Part shown: piece after piece, positions 1-8,143 of the stretch | How the letters are laid out: every line of letters begins with the position of its first letter | Position numbering within the stretch: the first letter of the stretch is position 1 | Notes under the pieces: model-generated | The model's database searches: none | What the model was told of the DNA's origin: nothing | The model's input: the letters and a program-made list of their open reading frames with translations, nothing else | Assembly: GCA_039190745.1 (NCBI GenBank) | Contig: JBCCXZ010000095.1 | Span: forward strand, 1-10,851 | Direction: 5' to 3' | Source of the DNA: Planctomycetota bacterium | GTDB taxonomy: Bacteria > Planctomycetota > Planctomycetia > Pirellulales > Lacipirellulaceae | Length of the DNA stretch: 10,851 nt | Translations under genes and position numbers: made by a program

Positions 1-344
1 CTTCTTTGCCAGACGCCGCGGTCGCCGCTTACTTCGCGGCTCGGAGAACGCTCGGCTTCGGGGCCGCCGGCGGCGAGCCAATTGCGGGTGAACAGCGTCT
101 TGATCTGCCTCCAGCGGGTTGAGTAGTCGGCGTCGTTTGCGGGCAGCGTCCAGATGGCGTGGAGGTGGTTGGGTAAGACCACGATCGCGTCCTGGCGGAA
201 GGGCCGGCGTCGGCGGGTCTGTTGGAACGCTCTTCGGAGGAGGGATCGTGCTTGAGGCGACGTGAGGAACGGTTGCCTTTGGTGCGTAACCACTGTGAAG
301 AAGTACGTGCCGCCTTCGACGAAGTTGCGCCGGTAGTCTGTCAT
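1..344 (-). CDS. rayT: REP-associated tyrosine transposase (RAYT/TnpA-REP, Y1 HUH family); 5' part, 3' end outside the window
   Basis: Manual translation from ATG at 344: [114 protein letters not shown]. It shows the RAYT signature start ([16 protein letters not shown]), the HUH motif ([22 protein letters not shown]) and GVWQR. The frame is open to the window edge and the catalytic Tyr lies beyond it. GTAG REPs sit immediately upstream. Confidence 0.95.
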   Translation of the reverse strand, partial: MTDYRRNFVEGGTYFFTVVTHQRQPFLTSPQARSLLRRAFQQTRRRRPFRQDAIVVLPNHLHAIWTLPANDADYSTRWRQIKTLFTRNWLAAGGPEAERSPSREVSGDRGVWQR

Positions 345-350
345 GCGGGG

Positions 351-356
351 ATTGTA
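351..356 (-). promoter_or_regulatory. Putative -10 box (TACAAT) for a leaderless RAYT transcript
   Basis: The minus strand reads TACAAT-CCCCGC-ATG, placing the hexamer 6 nt before the start codon. No Shine-Dalgarno sequence is visible. Confidence 0.4.
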
Positions 357-361
357 TTCGC

Positions 362-385
362 GTAGGATAGGTGCTTGCACCCATC
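362..385 (+). repeat. REP element 1 (GTAG family)
   Basis: GTAG-GATAGGTGC-TT-GCACCCATC: a GTAG tetranucleotide followed by a 9-bp palindrome with one mismatch (A369), 18 bp upstream of the RAYT start. Confidence 0.9.
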
Positions 386-415
386 GATCTTGGGTAGGTG
401 TTTCCGAAAGGGAAA

Positions 416-439
416 GATGGGTGCGAGCACCCATCCTAC
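416..439 (-). repeat. REP element 2 (GTAG family), inverted relative to REP1
   Basis: The + strand reads GATGGGTGC-GA-GCACCCATC-CTAC; the reverse complement is GTAG-GATGGGTGC-TC-GCACCCATC. This is a perfect 9-bp palindrome, 22/24 identical to REP1. Confidence 0.92.
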
Positions 440-449
440 AGTGATTGCC

Positions 450-1910
450 ATGGAAGCTGCTCTCTACGCCGCGATACCGGTTGTTGCCCACGTGGGGACG
501 TGCGCCGGTATCGGGGTGCGGGTCATCATGCGGAAGCCAGCGGTGGGGGTGGCGCTGGCTTGGTTGTTCTTGGTGTTCTCGGTCCCGTTTCTGGGGGCCT
601 TGTTCTACTTGTTGATCGGCGAGCGGCGGGTGGGGCAGCGGCGGGCGGAGAAGATTGCTCGGCTGCACACCGATTACGCTGTCCTGGCCGACCGGATCGT
701 GGACGATGCGATTGTGAACGTCGACTGGACCCACCACCCGCCCGCGGCGCGGGGGATGGACCGGCTCGGGGCCGAGCTGGTGGGCGTGCCGACCGTGGCG
801 GGGAGCACGGGGGAGCTGCTGACCGACTCGGAGGAGATTTTGCTGCGGCTGGCGGAGGACATCGACGAGGCCGAGACCAGCGTGTTCATGGAGTTCTACA
901 TCTGGAGCGAGGGCGGGCTGGCGGACAAGGTGCTGGAGTCGCTCGCGCGGGCGGCGGAGCGGGGCGTTTCGTGCCGGCTGTTGGTCGACGCGATCGGCGG
1001 GCGGCCGTGGTGGCGGGGCAAGCAGCCCGAGCGGCTGCGGCGGGCCGGGGTGCGGGTGCTGCCGGCGTTCCCCACGGGGGTGGTGCAGGCCTTCTTCAGC
1101 CGGAACGACCTGCGGCTGCACCGGAAGATCGTGGTGCTGGACGGCGAGATCGGTTGGACGGGGAGCATGAACCTGGTCGACCCGCGGTACTTCAAGCAGG
1201 ACGCGAATGTGGGCGAGTGGGTGGACGCGATGGTGCGTCTGGAGGGGGCGGTGGTGGCGCCGCTGGCGATGACGATCATTGGCGACTGGCTGATCGAGTC
1301 GGAAGAGACGGTGGAAGACGTGCTGCGGAGCGACCCGCTGGGGAAGATCGAGCCGAAGGGCGCGGGGGACGTGCAGGTGATCCCTTCGGGGCCGGTGGAG
1401 ACGTGCGACGCGTTGTTGCAGATGCTGCTGGCGCTGGTGAACGCGGCGCAGCGGGAGCTGGTGCTGACCACGCCCTACTTCGTGCCGGACGAGTCGCTGC
1501 TGCGGGCGATCCGCGGCGCGGCGGGCCGGGGCGTGGAGACGCACCTGGTGTTGCCGGAGCGGATCGACTCCCTGCTCACCCGGTACGCTTGCCGGTCGTA
1601 CCTAGAGGAGCTGATGAGCGTGGGGGTGAACGTGCACCTGTTCACCGAGGGGCTGCTGCACACGAAGTCGGTGACGGTGGACGAGCACATCTCGATGTTC
1701 GGGACGGTGAACCTTGACATGCGGAGCCTGTGGCTGAACTACGAGGTGAGTTTGTTCGTCTACAGCGAGCCGTTCGGCAAACACCTGCGGGGGTTGCAGC
1801 AGACTTACATCGAGCAGAGCCGGAAGCTGTCGCTCGCCGAGTGGCGGAAGCGGCCGTACGGAGAGCGGGTGGCCGAGAACACGCTGCGGTTGTTCAGCCC
1901 GGTGTTGTAG
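450..1910 (+). CDS. clsA: Cardiolipin synthase (ClsA type, phospholipase D superfamily)
   Basis: Two HKD motifs ([17 protein letters not shown] and [28 protein letters not shown]), an N-terminal membrane hairpin ([26 protein letters not shown]), TTPYFVPD, and the C-terminus LFSPVL. The start was moved from 375 (inside the REP) to ATG 450, giving 486 aa, a typical ClsA length. Confidence 0.93.
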   Translation: MEAALYAAIPVVAHVGTCAGIGVRVIMRKPAVGVALAWLFLVFSVPFLGALFYLLIGERRVGQRRAEKIARLHTDYAVLADRIVDDAIVNVDWTHHPPAARGMDRLGAELVGVPTVAGSTGELLTDSEEILLRLAEDIDEAETSVFMEFYIWSEGGLADKVLESLARAAERGVSCRLLVDAIGGRPWWRGKQPERLRRAGVRVLPAFPTGVVQAFFSRNDLRLHRKIVVLDGEIGWTGSMNLVDPRYFKQDANVGEWVDAMVRLEGAVVAPLAMTIIGDWLIESEETVEDVLRSDPLGKIEPKGAGDVQVIPSGPVETCDALLQMLLALVNAAQRELVLTTPYFVPDESLLRAIRGAAGRGVETHLVLPERIDSLLTRYACRSYLEELMSVGVNVHLFTEGLLHTKSVTVDEHISMFGTVNLDMRSLWLNYEVSLFVYSEPFGKHLRGLQQTYIEQSRKLSLAEWRKRPYGERVAENTLRLFSPVL

Positions 1911-1931
1911 GCGTGCCTTGGGGGTAGCGGG

Positions 1932-2669
1932 ATGCAGCTCAGGGTGGTGACGTACAACATCCACAAGGGGATCGGCGGGGTGAACCGTCGGTATCGGCTG
2001 GGGCGGATTGTGGAGGTGCTCGCGCACCTGGAGCCGGACGTGGCGCTGCTGCAGGAGGTGGACGACGGCGTGCCGCGTTCGCGGGGCGAGCGGCAGGCGG
2101 AGGTGCTCGCGCGGGAGCTGGGGTTTGAGCACTACGCGTTCCAGCCAAACGTGAAGCTGCGGCGGGGGCATTACGGGAACGCGATCCTGAGCCGGCTGCC
2201 GATCGGCGAGTGCGCCAACCTGGAGCTGACGGTGCGGCCGAAGAAGCGGCGGCGGGCGCAGATTGCGCGGCTGGTGCTGCGGGAACACGGCCACCGGCGG
2301 ACGCTGGTTGTAGCGAACACGCACCTGGGGCTGGCGGGGTTCGAGCGGAGCATCCAGCTGCGGCGGCTGCTCGGTTGCCACGAGATCGCGGGGCTGCGGC
2401 ACGACACGCCCTGCGTGATCGGCGGGGATTTTAATGATGCCTGGGAGGCGATCGGCCGTCGGCACATGGCGCCGGCGGGTTTAGCTGCGGCGACGAAGAA
2501 GGCGCGGACGTTCCCGGCGGTGGCCCCGCTGCGGGCGCTGGACGGGATTTATGTGCGGGGGGACGTGGAGGTGGACCACGCGTACGCTGCGCGTTCGCGG
2601 CTGACTCGGGAGGCTTCGGACCACCTGCCGCTGTGCGCGGTGGTGCGGGTGGGGGGTGGGGGGGTGTAA
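1932..2669 (+). CDS. Endonuclease/exonuclease/phosphatase (EEP) family metal-dependent hydrolase, YbhP-like
   Basis: Motifs VVTYNIHKG, LLQEV, GNAILSR, NTHLGL, GGDFN, TFP...LDGIY and ASDHLPL. It starts 21 bp after cls, so the two are probably co-transcribed. Confidence 0.9.
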   Translation: MQLRVVTYNIHKGIGGVNRRYRLGRIVEVLAHLEPDVALLQEVDDGVPRSRGERQAEVLARELGFEHYAFQPNVKLRRGHYGNAILSRLPIGECANLELTVRPKKRRRAQIARLVLREHGHRRTLVVANTHLGLAGFERSIQLRRLLGCHEIAGLRHDTPCVIGGDFNDAWEAIGRRHMAPAGLAAATKKARTFPAVAPLRALDGIYVRGDVEVDHAYAARSRLTREASDHLPLCAVVRVGGGGV

Positions 2670-2880
2670 CACGTATCGAGGGTTAATACCCCAAGCCGTG
2701 GAACCGCAGGCACTACATGAATCTACTCAAGAACCACCGCATATCTTCACCTTCATGTCGTACTCTAAGTGAGCATTCTGCCCAGCGGTAGGGTTGACTG
2801 TGCTAGGCCAGTCTCTTCACATGACAAGCGTGTAGAGGGGGGCTCTAGTTCCACGATCGCAACTTCGAGAGGTCAGTCCA

Positions 2881-3639
2881 ATGGGTGCATATCTGCTTAG
2901 CTGTCTCGTATGTTTTCTGACTTTGGGATTGTCTTCGTACTCCTTAGCTGACGTACTGTTGACTCCCTCAGATGATGCATTGGTCCTTACAGCCCCAGAT
3001 ATCGGTACTGACCCAGCCACCAACCGAACACGAGAGAACCGAGGTTCATTCGAGTTTCTTGAAGCATTCGCGGGAGACTTGCCAGGGGGTTCCAATGATA
3101 CTCGTTCTGCAATCGACTTCAGCTTCTTGAAATTTGATCTTTCCGGCATCGTGGGCCAAGTTCAGCCTCTTGAACTAGAGGTTCACGCAACCAGTGTGGT
3201 TGCTTCTGGGCTTGTCTCTGTCTTTCGTGTTCCGGATGACGATTGGACGGAAGGCATCGGCAACGGTTCACAGAATCCAAGCCTCGATCCGACAACTGGG
3301 ATCACGGGACAGAACTTCGGAATCCCTTTTCTTGCAAATCTAAACAAGCCTGCAGATCGTTTGGCCACGGTTGCGCAGCCCGTTCTCGGTACAGTCGTCT
3401 TTGATCTATCGGGCGCGGATCTTAGTGCAGATATCGCCAACGGCTTTCTCACACTCGCAATCGCATTGGATGACGTGCCTAGCTTTAGGTCCACACCATC
3501 TAGAATGCGCTTCTACAGCAAAGAAGGGGCTATCGCTCCCTTACTCAGGGTTCAGGTGGTTCCCGAGCCAACGAGTATTGCAGTTATGGTAATACTTGTT
3601 GCGAGCACCCTTCTTTCGCGTGTTCAGATTGTCAGGTGA
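2881..3639 (+). CDS. Secreted PEP-CTERM (exosortase-sorted) surface protein, probably with a DNRLRE/CBM96-like beta-sandwich domain
   Basis: N-terminal signal peptide (MGAYLLSCLVCFLTLGLSSYSLA), C-terminal VPEPTSIAVMVILVASTLLSR, and internal FLKFDLSG, DDDWTE and FYSKEG..P.L.V motifs typical of that domain. SD-like GAGAGGT at 2867-2873. Confidence 0.8.
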   Translation: MGAYLLSCLVCFLTLGLSSYSLADVLLTPSDDALVLTAPDIGTDPATNRTRENRGSFEFLEAFAGDLPGGSNDTRSAIDFSFLKFDLSGIVGQVQPLELEVHATSVVASGLVSVFRVPDDDWTEGIGNGSQNPSLDPTTGITGQNFGIPFLANLNKPADRLATVAQPVLGTVVFDLSGADLSADIANGFLTLAIALDDVPSFRSTPSRMRFYSKEGAIAPLLRVQVVPEPTSIAVMVILVASTLLSRVQIVR

Positions 3640-3663
3640 TGCGTGCGGTTGCGCCCCTCCAGC

Positions 3664-6357
3664 TCACGTATCCCCAAGCTTCTCAATGCAATTCGCCACC
3701 AACGCCGTCCAGCCCGTTTGGTGGCTGGCGCCGAGGCCTTCGCCGGTGTCGCCGTGGAAGTACTCGTGGAAGAGAACCTCGTCCTGCCAGTCGGGGCACT
3801 CGGTCGGGCAGGCCGGGCCGGCGAGGCAAGGGCGGTCGCCGTCGGGCCTGTCGCGGAGGAACAGCGTGGTGAGTCGGCGGTTGAGTTCGTCGCTCGCCTC
3901 GCGGAGGTTCATGCGGTTGCCGGAGCCGGTGGGGCACTCGACGGTGAGGTCGTCGCCGTAGAAGGCGTGGTAGCGCTCGAGGGCCTCGATGAGCAGGTAG
4001 TTGGTGGGCAGCCAGATTGGGCCCCGCCAGTTGGAGTTGCCGCCGAACATGTAGCTGTCCGACTCGCCCGGGACGTAGGCCACTCGGTGGCGCTGGCCGC
4101 GGACGTCGAGCTCGAAGGGCTCGGCCTCGTGCCGCTTCGATAAGGAGCGAATGCCGTACTGCGAGAGGAACTCGGTTTCGTCGAAGAGCAGCTTGAGGAC
4201 CCGTTCGAGCTTCTCGCGCGAGGGGATGGCGAGCAGCAGCTTGCGGCCCTCTTCGCGGCTCTCGGCGAGTGAGACGTGCTTGGTGAGGTCGTGCCGGTAG
4301 GTGAGGAACCAGACGAGCCGCTGGCGGAAGCTGGGCAGGCGTTTGACGAGCTGCTCGTCGAGCACCTCGACGGCGATCAGCGGCAACAGGCCGACGAGCG
4401 AGCGGACGCGCAAGGGGACCGTTTGGTTGTCGACGTGGAGCTGGTCGAAGTAGAAGCCGGCCTCGTCGTCCCAGAGGCCGGCGCCGCCGCGGGTGTTGAT
4501 GGCGTCGGTGATGCGGACGAAGTGGTCGAGGAACTTGGAGGCCATGTCCTCGTAGGAGGGGTCTTCGCGGGCGAGCTCCAGCGCCATCGAGAGCATGTTG
4601 CCGCAGTAGAAGGCCATCCAGGCGGTGCCGTCGGCCTGTTCGAGCCGGGCCCCGCCGGGGAGTCCCTTGGAGCGGTCGAACAGTCCGATGTTGTCGAGCC
4701 CGAGGAAGCCGCCGGCGAAGACGTTGTCTCCGTTGTCGTCCACGCGGTTGACCCACCAGGTGAAGTTCAGGAGCAGGCGCTGGAACGCCTGGGCGAGGAA
4801 CTTGCGGTCGCGCTCGCCGGGGGGGCCGCTAAGCTGGTAGACGCGGTAGCAGGCCCAGGCGTGCACGGGGGGGTTCACGTCGTAGAGGGCGAACTCGTAA
4901 GCGGGGATCTGGCCGTTGGGGTGCATGTACCACTCGCGCAAGAACACAAGCAGCTGGTGCTTGGCGAACTCGGGGTCGATGCGGGCCATGGGGATCATGT
5001 GGAAGGCGGTGTCCCAGGCGGCGAACCAGGGGTACTCCCACTTGTCGGGCATCGAGAGCACGTCGCGGGCGTAGAGGTGCTTCCAGCGGTGGTTGCGGCC
5101 GTGCTTGCGCTGGGGCGGCGGGTCGGCGACGTCGCGGTCTCCGTTGAGCCAGTCGGCGACGATGTAGTGGTAGAACTGCTTGGTCCACAGCAGCCCGGCG
5201 TAGGCCTGGCGCGAGATGAGGCGTTGGTCGGCGTCGGCGTGCCGGCCGATGACCGTGTCGTAGAAGGCGTCGGCTTCGTCGATGCGCGCGCTAAAGGTAT
5301 GGTCGAACGGGGCGCCGAGCGGGTCGGCGGGCATCGCGCCGCCGGGGGCGAGGCGGGCGGTGACGGTGCGGCTCTCGCCGGGGGGGATAGTGAGCTTGTA
5401 GCACGCGGCGACCTTGGTGCCGTGCAGCTTGGGGCTGACGGCGTCCTTCTCGCCGTTGACGACGTAGCGGTGGAAGGCGTCTTTGACGTAGTCGGAAACG
5501 GCGGGCGTGCCGAAGAGGTCTTCGGAGTTGGTTTCGTTTTCGGTGAAGAGGATCTCGCGCTCCGTTCCGTCGGAGTGGGCCCCATCGGGGTGGGGGCCGA
5601 AGACGGCGTTGAGTTTGCCGAGCGACTCGTGGGACATCTCCACAGCGCCGCTGCTTTGGACATCGTCGCCGCCGGCGGGCTGGATGCGGGGTTTGAGCGA
5701 GCAGCCCTCGTGGCGGCAGCCCCAAACCCAGGTGTTGCGGAACCAAAAGGTGGGCAGCATCCAGAGGTCGTGCGTTTCGGGCCCGCGGTTGGTGGCGGTG
5801 ATGCGGATGAGGATGTCGTCGGGCGACTCCTTGGCGTACTCCACCTGGATGTCGAAGTAGCGGTGCTCGTGGAAGACGCCGGCGTCGGCCAGTTCAAACT
5901 CGGGCTGGCTCTTATTCCGGCGGGCGTTCTCTTCGACGAGCCGTTTGTAGGGGTACTCGGCCTGCGGGTAGCGGTAGAGGCCCTTGCAGTAGGAGTGCGT
6001 GGGGGTGGAGTCGAGGTAGTAGTAGCACTCTTTGACGTCTTCGCCGTGGTTGCCCTCGGGACCGGTGAGGCCGAAGAGACGTTCCTTAAGAATGGGGTCG
6101 CGGCCGTTCCAGAGCGCGACGGCGAAGCAGAGGCGGCACTGGCGGTCAGTGAAGCCGAGCAGGCCGTCTTCGCCCCAGCGGTAGGCGCGGCTGCGGGCGT
6201 GCTCGTGGGGGAAGTAGCGCCAGGCGTCGCCACCCGCGGAGTAGTCCTCGCGGACGGTGCCCCACTGGCGCTCGGAGAGGTAGGGCCCCCACCGTTTCCA
6301 GTTGTGCGTGCGTTCGACGCTCTCGGCGAGGCGGAGGTGTTCGGGGGTGTTGTGCAT
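3664..6357 (-). CDS. GH63 / MGH1-like glycoside hydrolase (mannosylglycerate hydrolase / glucosidase-like)
   Basis: 897 aa with the conserved family motifs WGPYLSERQWGTVREDYS, SMPDKWEYPWFAAWD, VNPPVHAWA, GGFLGLDNIG, EQADGTAWM, GGNSNWRGPIW and FHEYFHGDTGEGLGASHQTGWT. Confidence 0.93.
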   Translation of the reverse strand: MHNTPEHLRLAESVERTHNWKRWGPYLSERQWGTVREDYSAGGDAWRYFPHEHARSRAYRWGEDGLLGFTDRQCRLCFAVALWNGRDPILKERLFGLTGPEGNHGEDVKECYYYLDSTPTHSYCKGLYRYPQAEYPYKRLVEENARRNKSQPEFELADAGVFHEHRYFDIQVEYAKESPDDILIRITATNRGPETHDLWMLPTFWFRNTWVWGCRHEGCSLKPRIQPAGGDDVQSSGAVEMSHESLGKLNAVFGPHPDGAHSDGTEREILFTENETNSEDLFGTPAVSDYVKDAFHRYVVNGEKDAVSPKLHGTKVAACYKLTIPPGESRTVTARLAPGGAMPADPLGAPFDHTFSARIDEADAFYDTVIGRHADADQRLISRQAYAGLLWTKQFYHYIVADWLNGDRDVADPPPQRKHGRNHRWKHLYARDVLSMPDKWEYPWFAAWDTAFHMIPMARIDPEFAKHQLLVFLREWYMHPNGQIPAYEFALYDVNPPVHAWACYRVYQLSGPPGERDRKFLAQAFQRLLLNFTWWVNRVDDNGDNVFAGGFLGLDNIGLFDRSKGLPGGARLEQADGTAWMAFYCGNMLSMALELAREDPSYEDMASKFLDHFVRITDAINTRGGAGLWDDEAGFYFDQLHVDNQTVPLRVRSLVGLLPLIAVEVLDEQLVKRLPSFRQRLVWFLTYRHDLTKHVSLAESREEGRKLLLAIPSREKLERVLKLLFDETEFLSQYGIRSLSKRHEAEPFELDVRGQRHRVAYVPGESDSYMFGGNSNWRGPIWLPTNYLLIEALERYHAFYGDDLTVECPTGSGNRMNLREASDELNRRLTTLFLRDRPDGDRPCLAGPACPTECPDWQDEVLFHEYFHGDTGEGLGASHQTGWTALVANCIEKLGDT

Positions 6358-6679
6358 GTGTGGCTAGGATTCGGGGCCGACGACGTGCTTGGCGCCGGGC
6401 GCCGACTCCGAGCACCCGCCGGTGGGGTTTGCCGGTGGCGAACGGCCCGGGATGGTGAGCGAGGACGATTCCGTTTTCGCTGCTGGACAGCGGTACGGCG
6501 CAGGCCTTCCTCTCGGCGCCTCGGTCTCTCTGAGTCGGCGGGGCCTCTGTGACCGTGGTGCAGTCCCCGCAGCAGCAGGATACCCCGGGGCGGGGCGGCG
6601 GAACAGAACGAGCGTAGCGATGAACCATGGGCGCCCTTGCGTGCTTTGGCCCGGCAGCGTCGTGCGGGTCGCGGCTTCT

Positions 6680-6708
6680 TTGCGGGGCTGCGCCAAGACG
6701 CCTACACT
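6680..6708 (+). promoter_or_regulatory. Putative sigma70-type promoter for the MFS/dioxygenase/methyltransferase operon
   Basis: TTGCGG (6680-6685), a 17-bp spacer, then TACACT (6703-6708). Confidence 0.45.
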
Positions 6709-6813
6709 AGCGGAGCATTTCGGCACGCGCAAACAGGGAACTATTCCATCGCAACCGGCCCACTAGAACAGGAATCGGAGCAGGCAAGCCTCTACCGGCA
6801 GCGCGTGCTGACG

Positions 6814-8052
6814 ATGTTTAGTCTGGTGCTGGCGGGCGAGGCGATCTTCCTGCTGCCGTTTCATGTCTCGCGGCACTTCCGACCGACGTTTGTGGAGGTC
6901 TTCGGGGTCGACCAAACATCGTTGGGCATGTTGGGGACCATCTACGGCGTTGTAGCCACGTTTGCATACATCTTCGGCGGCGGGTTTGCTGATCGGTTTC
7001 AACCCCGGAAGCTCCTCGCCGCGTCGCTGGCAGCGACAGGGCTCTCGGGGCTCTACATGGCGACGCTCCCTTCGTACGCAGGCATGTGCGGGCTGTTTGC
7101 GTTCTGGGGGTTGTCGACCATCTTGCCGTTCTGGTCGGCGCTGATCCGTGCGGTCCGCGACTGGGGCGGCGAGACCCGGCAGGGCGCCGCGTTCGGGGTG
7201 CTCGACGGCGGGCGGGGGCTGATGGCCGGCGTCCTGGGGATGCTGGCCTTTGCTCTGTTCTCGCTCTGTTTCCCGGAACGAGCAGAGCCGGTGACCGACG
7301 CGCAGCGTGTCGAAGGCCTCAAGAGTGTCATTTACGTCTACACGGCTGCTTGTTTTATCGCGGCGGCTTGCGTTTACGCATGCATCCCGGACTCGAAGAT
7401 GGATCGGCCTCAGGCGAACGGGCCGAGGCCTGGCCGATCCGGGCCGGCCGCCGCGGATTTCTGGGAGTGCCTGAGGATGCCGGCGGTGTGGCTGCAGGCG
7501 GCGGTCATCGTGGCGGCGTACTCGCTGTTCAAAGCCCGTGATTTCTACACGCAGTACGCCCGCGACGTTTGGGAGTGGACCGAGGTCGAGACGGCCGGGC
7601 TGAGCACGCTGAGTATCTGGCTGCGTCCGGCGGCCGCGGTCGGGGCGGGGCTGCTCGCCGACCGGCTGTCGGCGACGCGCGTAGTGTGCGGCTGCTTTCT
7701 GATGACCGCGGCGGCGTACGTCTCGTTTATTTTTTCTTCACCACCCACGTCGCCGATGGTCTTGTTGTGGATCAACGTGGTCGTGAGCTGCCTGGGTATG
7801 TTCGCATTGCGGGGGGGCTACTTCGCGTTGCTCGAGGAGTCGCGCATCCCGCGGCGTATGACCGGCACCGCGGTAGGGGTGGTTTCTTTCATCGGGTTCA
7901 CCCCCGAGATGTTCATGCCGCTGTTGGGCGGGATGATCATCGATCACTGGGGCGGCGGGCTGACTGGCTACCGTGTGGTCTTCGGCATCCTGTTGGGGAT
8001 GTCCGTGCTCGGCGTGGCCGCGGCACTACTGCTTCGGCGGGCGCACCGCTAG
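6814..8052 (+). CDS. MFS transporter (about 12 TM helices), substrate unknown; start uncertain (ATC 6748, GTG 6805 or ATG 6814)
   Basis: Repeated hydrophobic segments and MFS motif A in both halves (GGGFADRFQPRK and GLLADRLSATR). The ORF-track start at 6637 lies upstream of the putative promoter and adds a polar, non-MFS-like segment. Confidence 0.88.
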   Translation: MFSLVLAGEAIFLLPFHVSRHFRPTFVEVFGVDQTSLGMLGTIYGVVATFAYIFGGGFADRFQPRKLLAASLAATGLSGLYMATLPSYAGMCGLFAFWGLSTILPFWSALIRAVRDWGGETRQGAAFGVLDGGRGLMAGVLGMLAFALFSLCFPERAEPVTDAQRVEGLKSVIYVYTAACFIAAACVYACIPDSKMDRPQANGPRPGRSGPAAADFWECLRMPAVWLQAAVIVAAYSLFKARDFYTQYARDVWEWTEVETAGLSTLSIWLRPAAAVGAGLLADRLSATRVVCGCFLMTAAAYVSFIFSSPPTSPMVLLWINVVVSCLGMFALRGGYFALLEESRIPRRMTGTAVGVVSFIGFTPEMFMPLLGGMIIDHWGGGLTGYRVVFGILLGMSVLGVAAALLLRRAHR

Positions 8053-8143
8053 GATGTCGATTGGCTAGCGCCGCGGGGGATTGTTGTCCGTGAAAGGTTC
8101 TCGTACGTCGGTCTGTGCGGCATAAGCTTCACAAGGAGCAGAG

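Larger units (their letters stand above)
362..439. mobile_element. REPIN (inverted REP doublet), non-autonomous element associated with the RAYT
   Basis: Two inverted GTAG REPs separated by a 30-bp spacer (386-415), directly adjacent to a RAYT gene. This is the canonical RAYT/REPIN arrangement. Confidence 0.85.

Noticed and set aside
362..439. CRISPR mini-array interpretation of the repeats
   Set aside because: There are only two copies, in inverted orientation with GTAG ends, next to a RAYT and with no cas genes; these are REPs.
375..449. N-terminal extension of cls in the ORF track (start 375)
   Set aside because: It runs through the REP palindromes; ATG 450 gives a canonical 486-aa ClsA.
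398..2465. Overlapping ORFs 398-1717 (+), 896-1471 (-) and 1602-2465 (-)
   Set aside because: Shadow frames of cls and EEP, with low-complexity Gly/Arg/Ala- or Pro/His-rich translations.
2794..2822. TTGACT as a -35 box for the PEP-CTERM gene
   Set aside because: No convincing -10 hexamer at 16-18 bp spacing.
6468..6518. Minus-strand TGCGCCGTACC resembling part of a guanidine-III riboswitch
   Set aside because: The conserved 5' CGGACGAGG and the complementary 3' ACGGCGC pseudoknot strand are absent, and the downstream gene (GH63) is not a typical target.
4276..6552. 758-aa plus-strand ORF and other long ORFs overlapping GH63 (3643-4143, 3683-4756, 4995-6233)
   Set aside because: Antisense or alternate-frame shadows of a clearly conserved gene in GC-rich DNA, with biased composition and no recognisable motifs.
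6364..6766. Small ORFs in the GH63-MFS intergenic region (6364-6732 -, 6389-6766 +, 6146-6628 -)
   Set aside because: No recognisable motifs, Pro/Arg/Gly-rich translations, and overlap with the putative promoter or the GH63 gene; they cannot be supported as genes.
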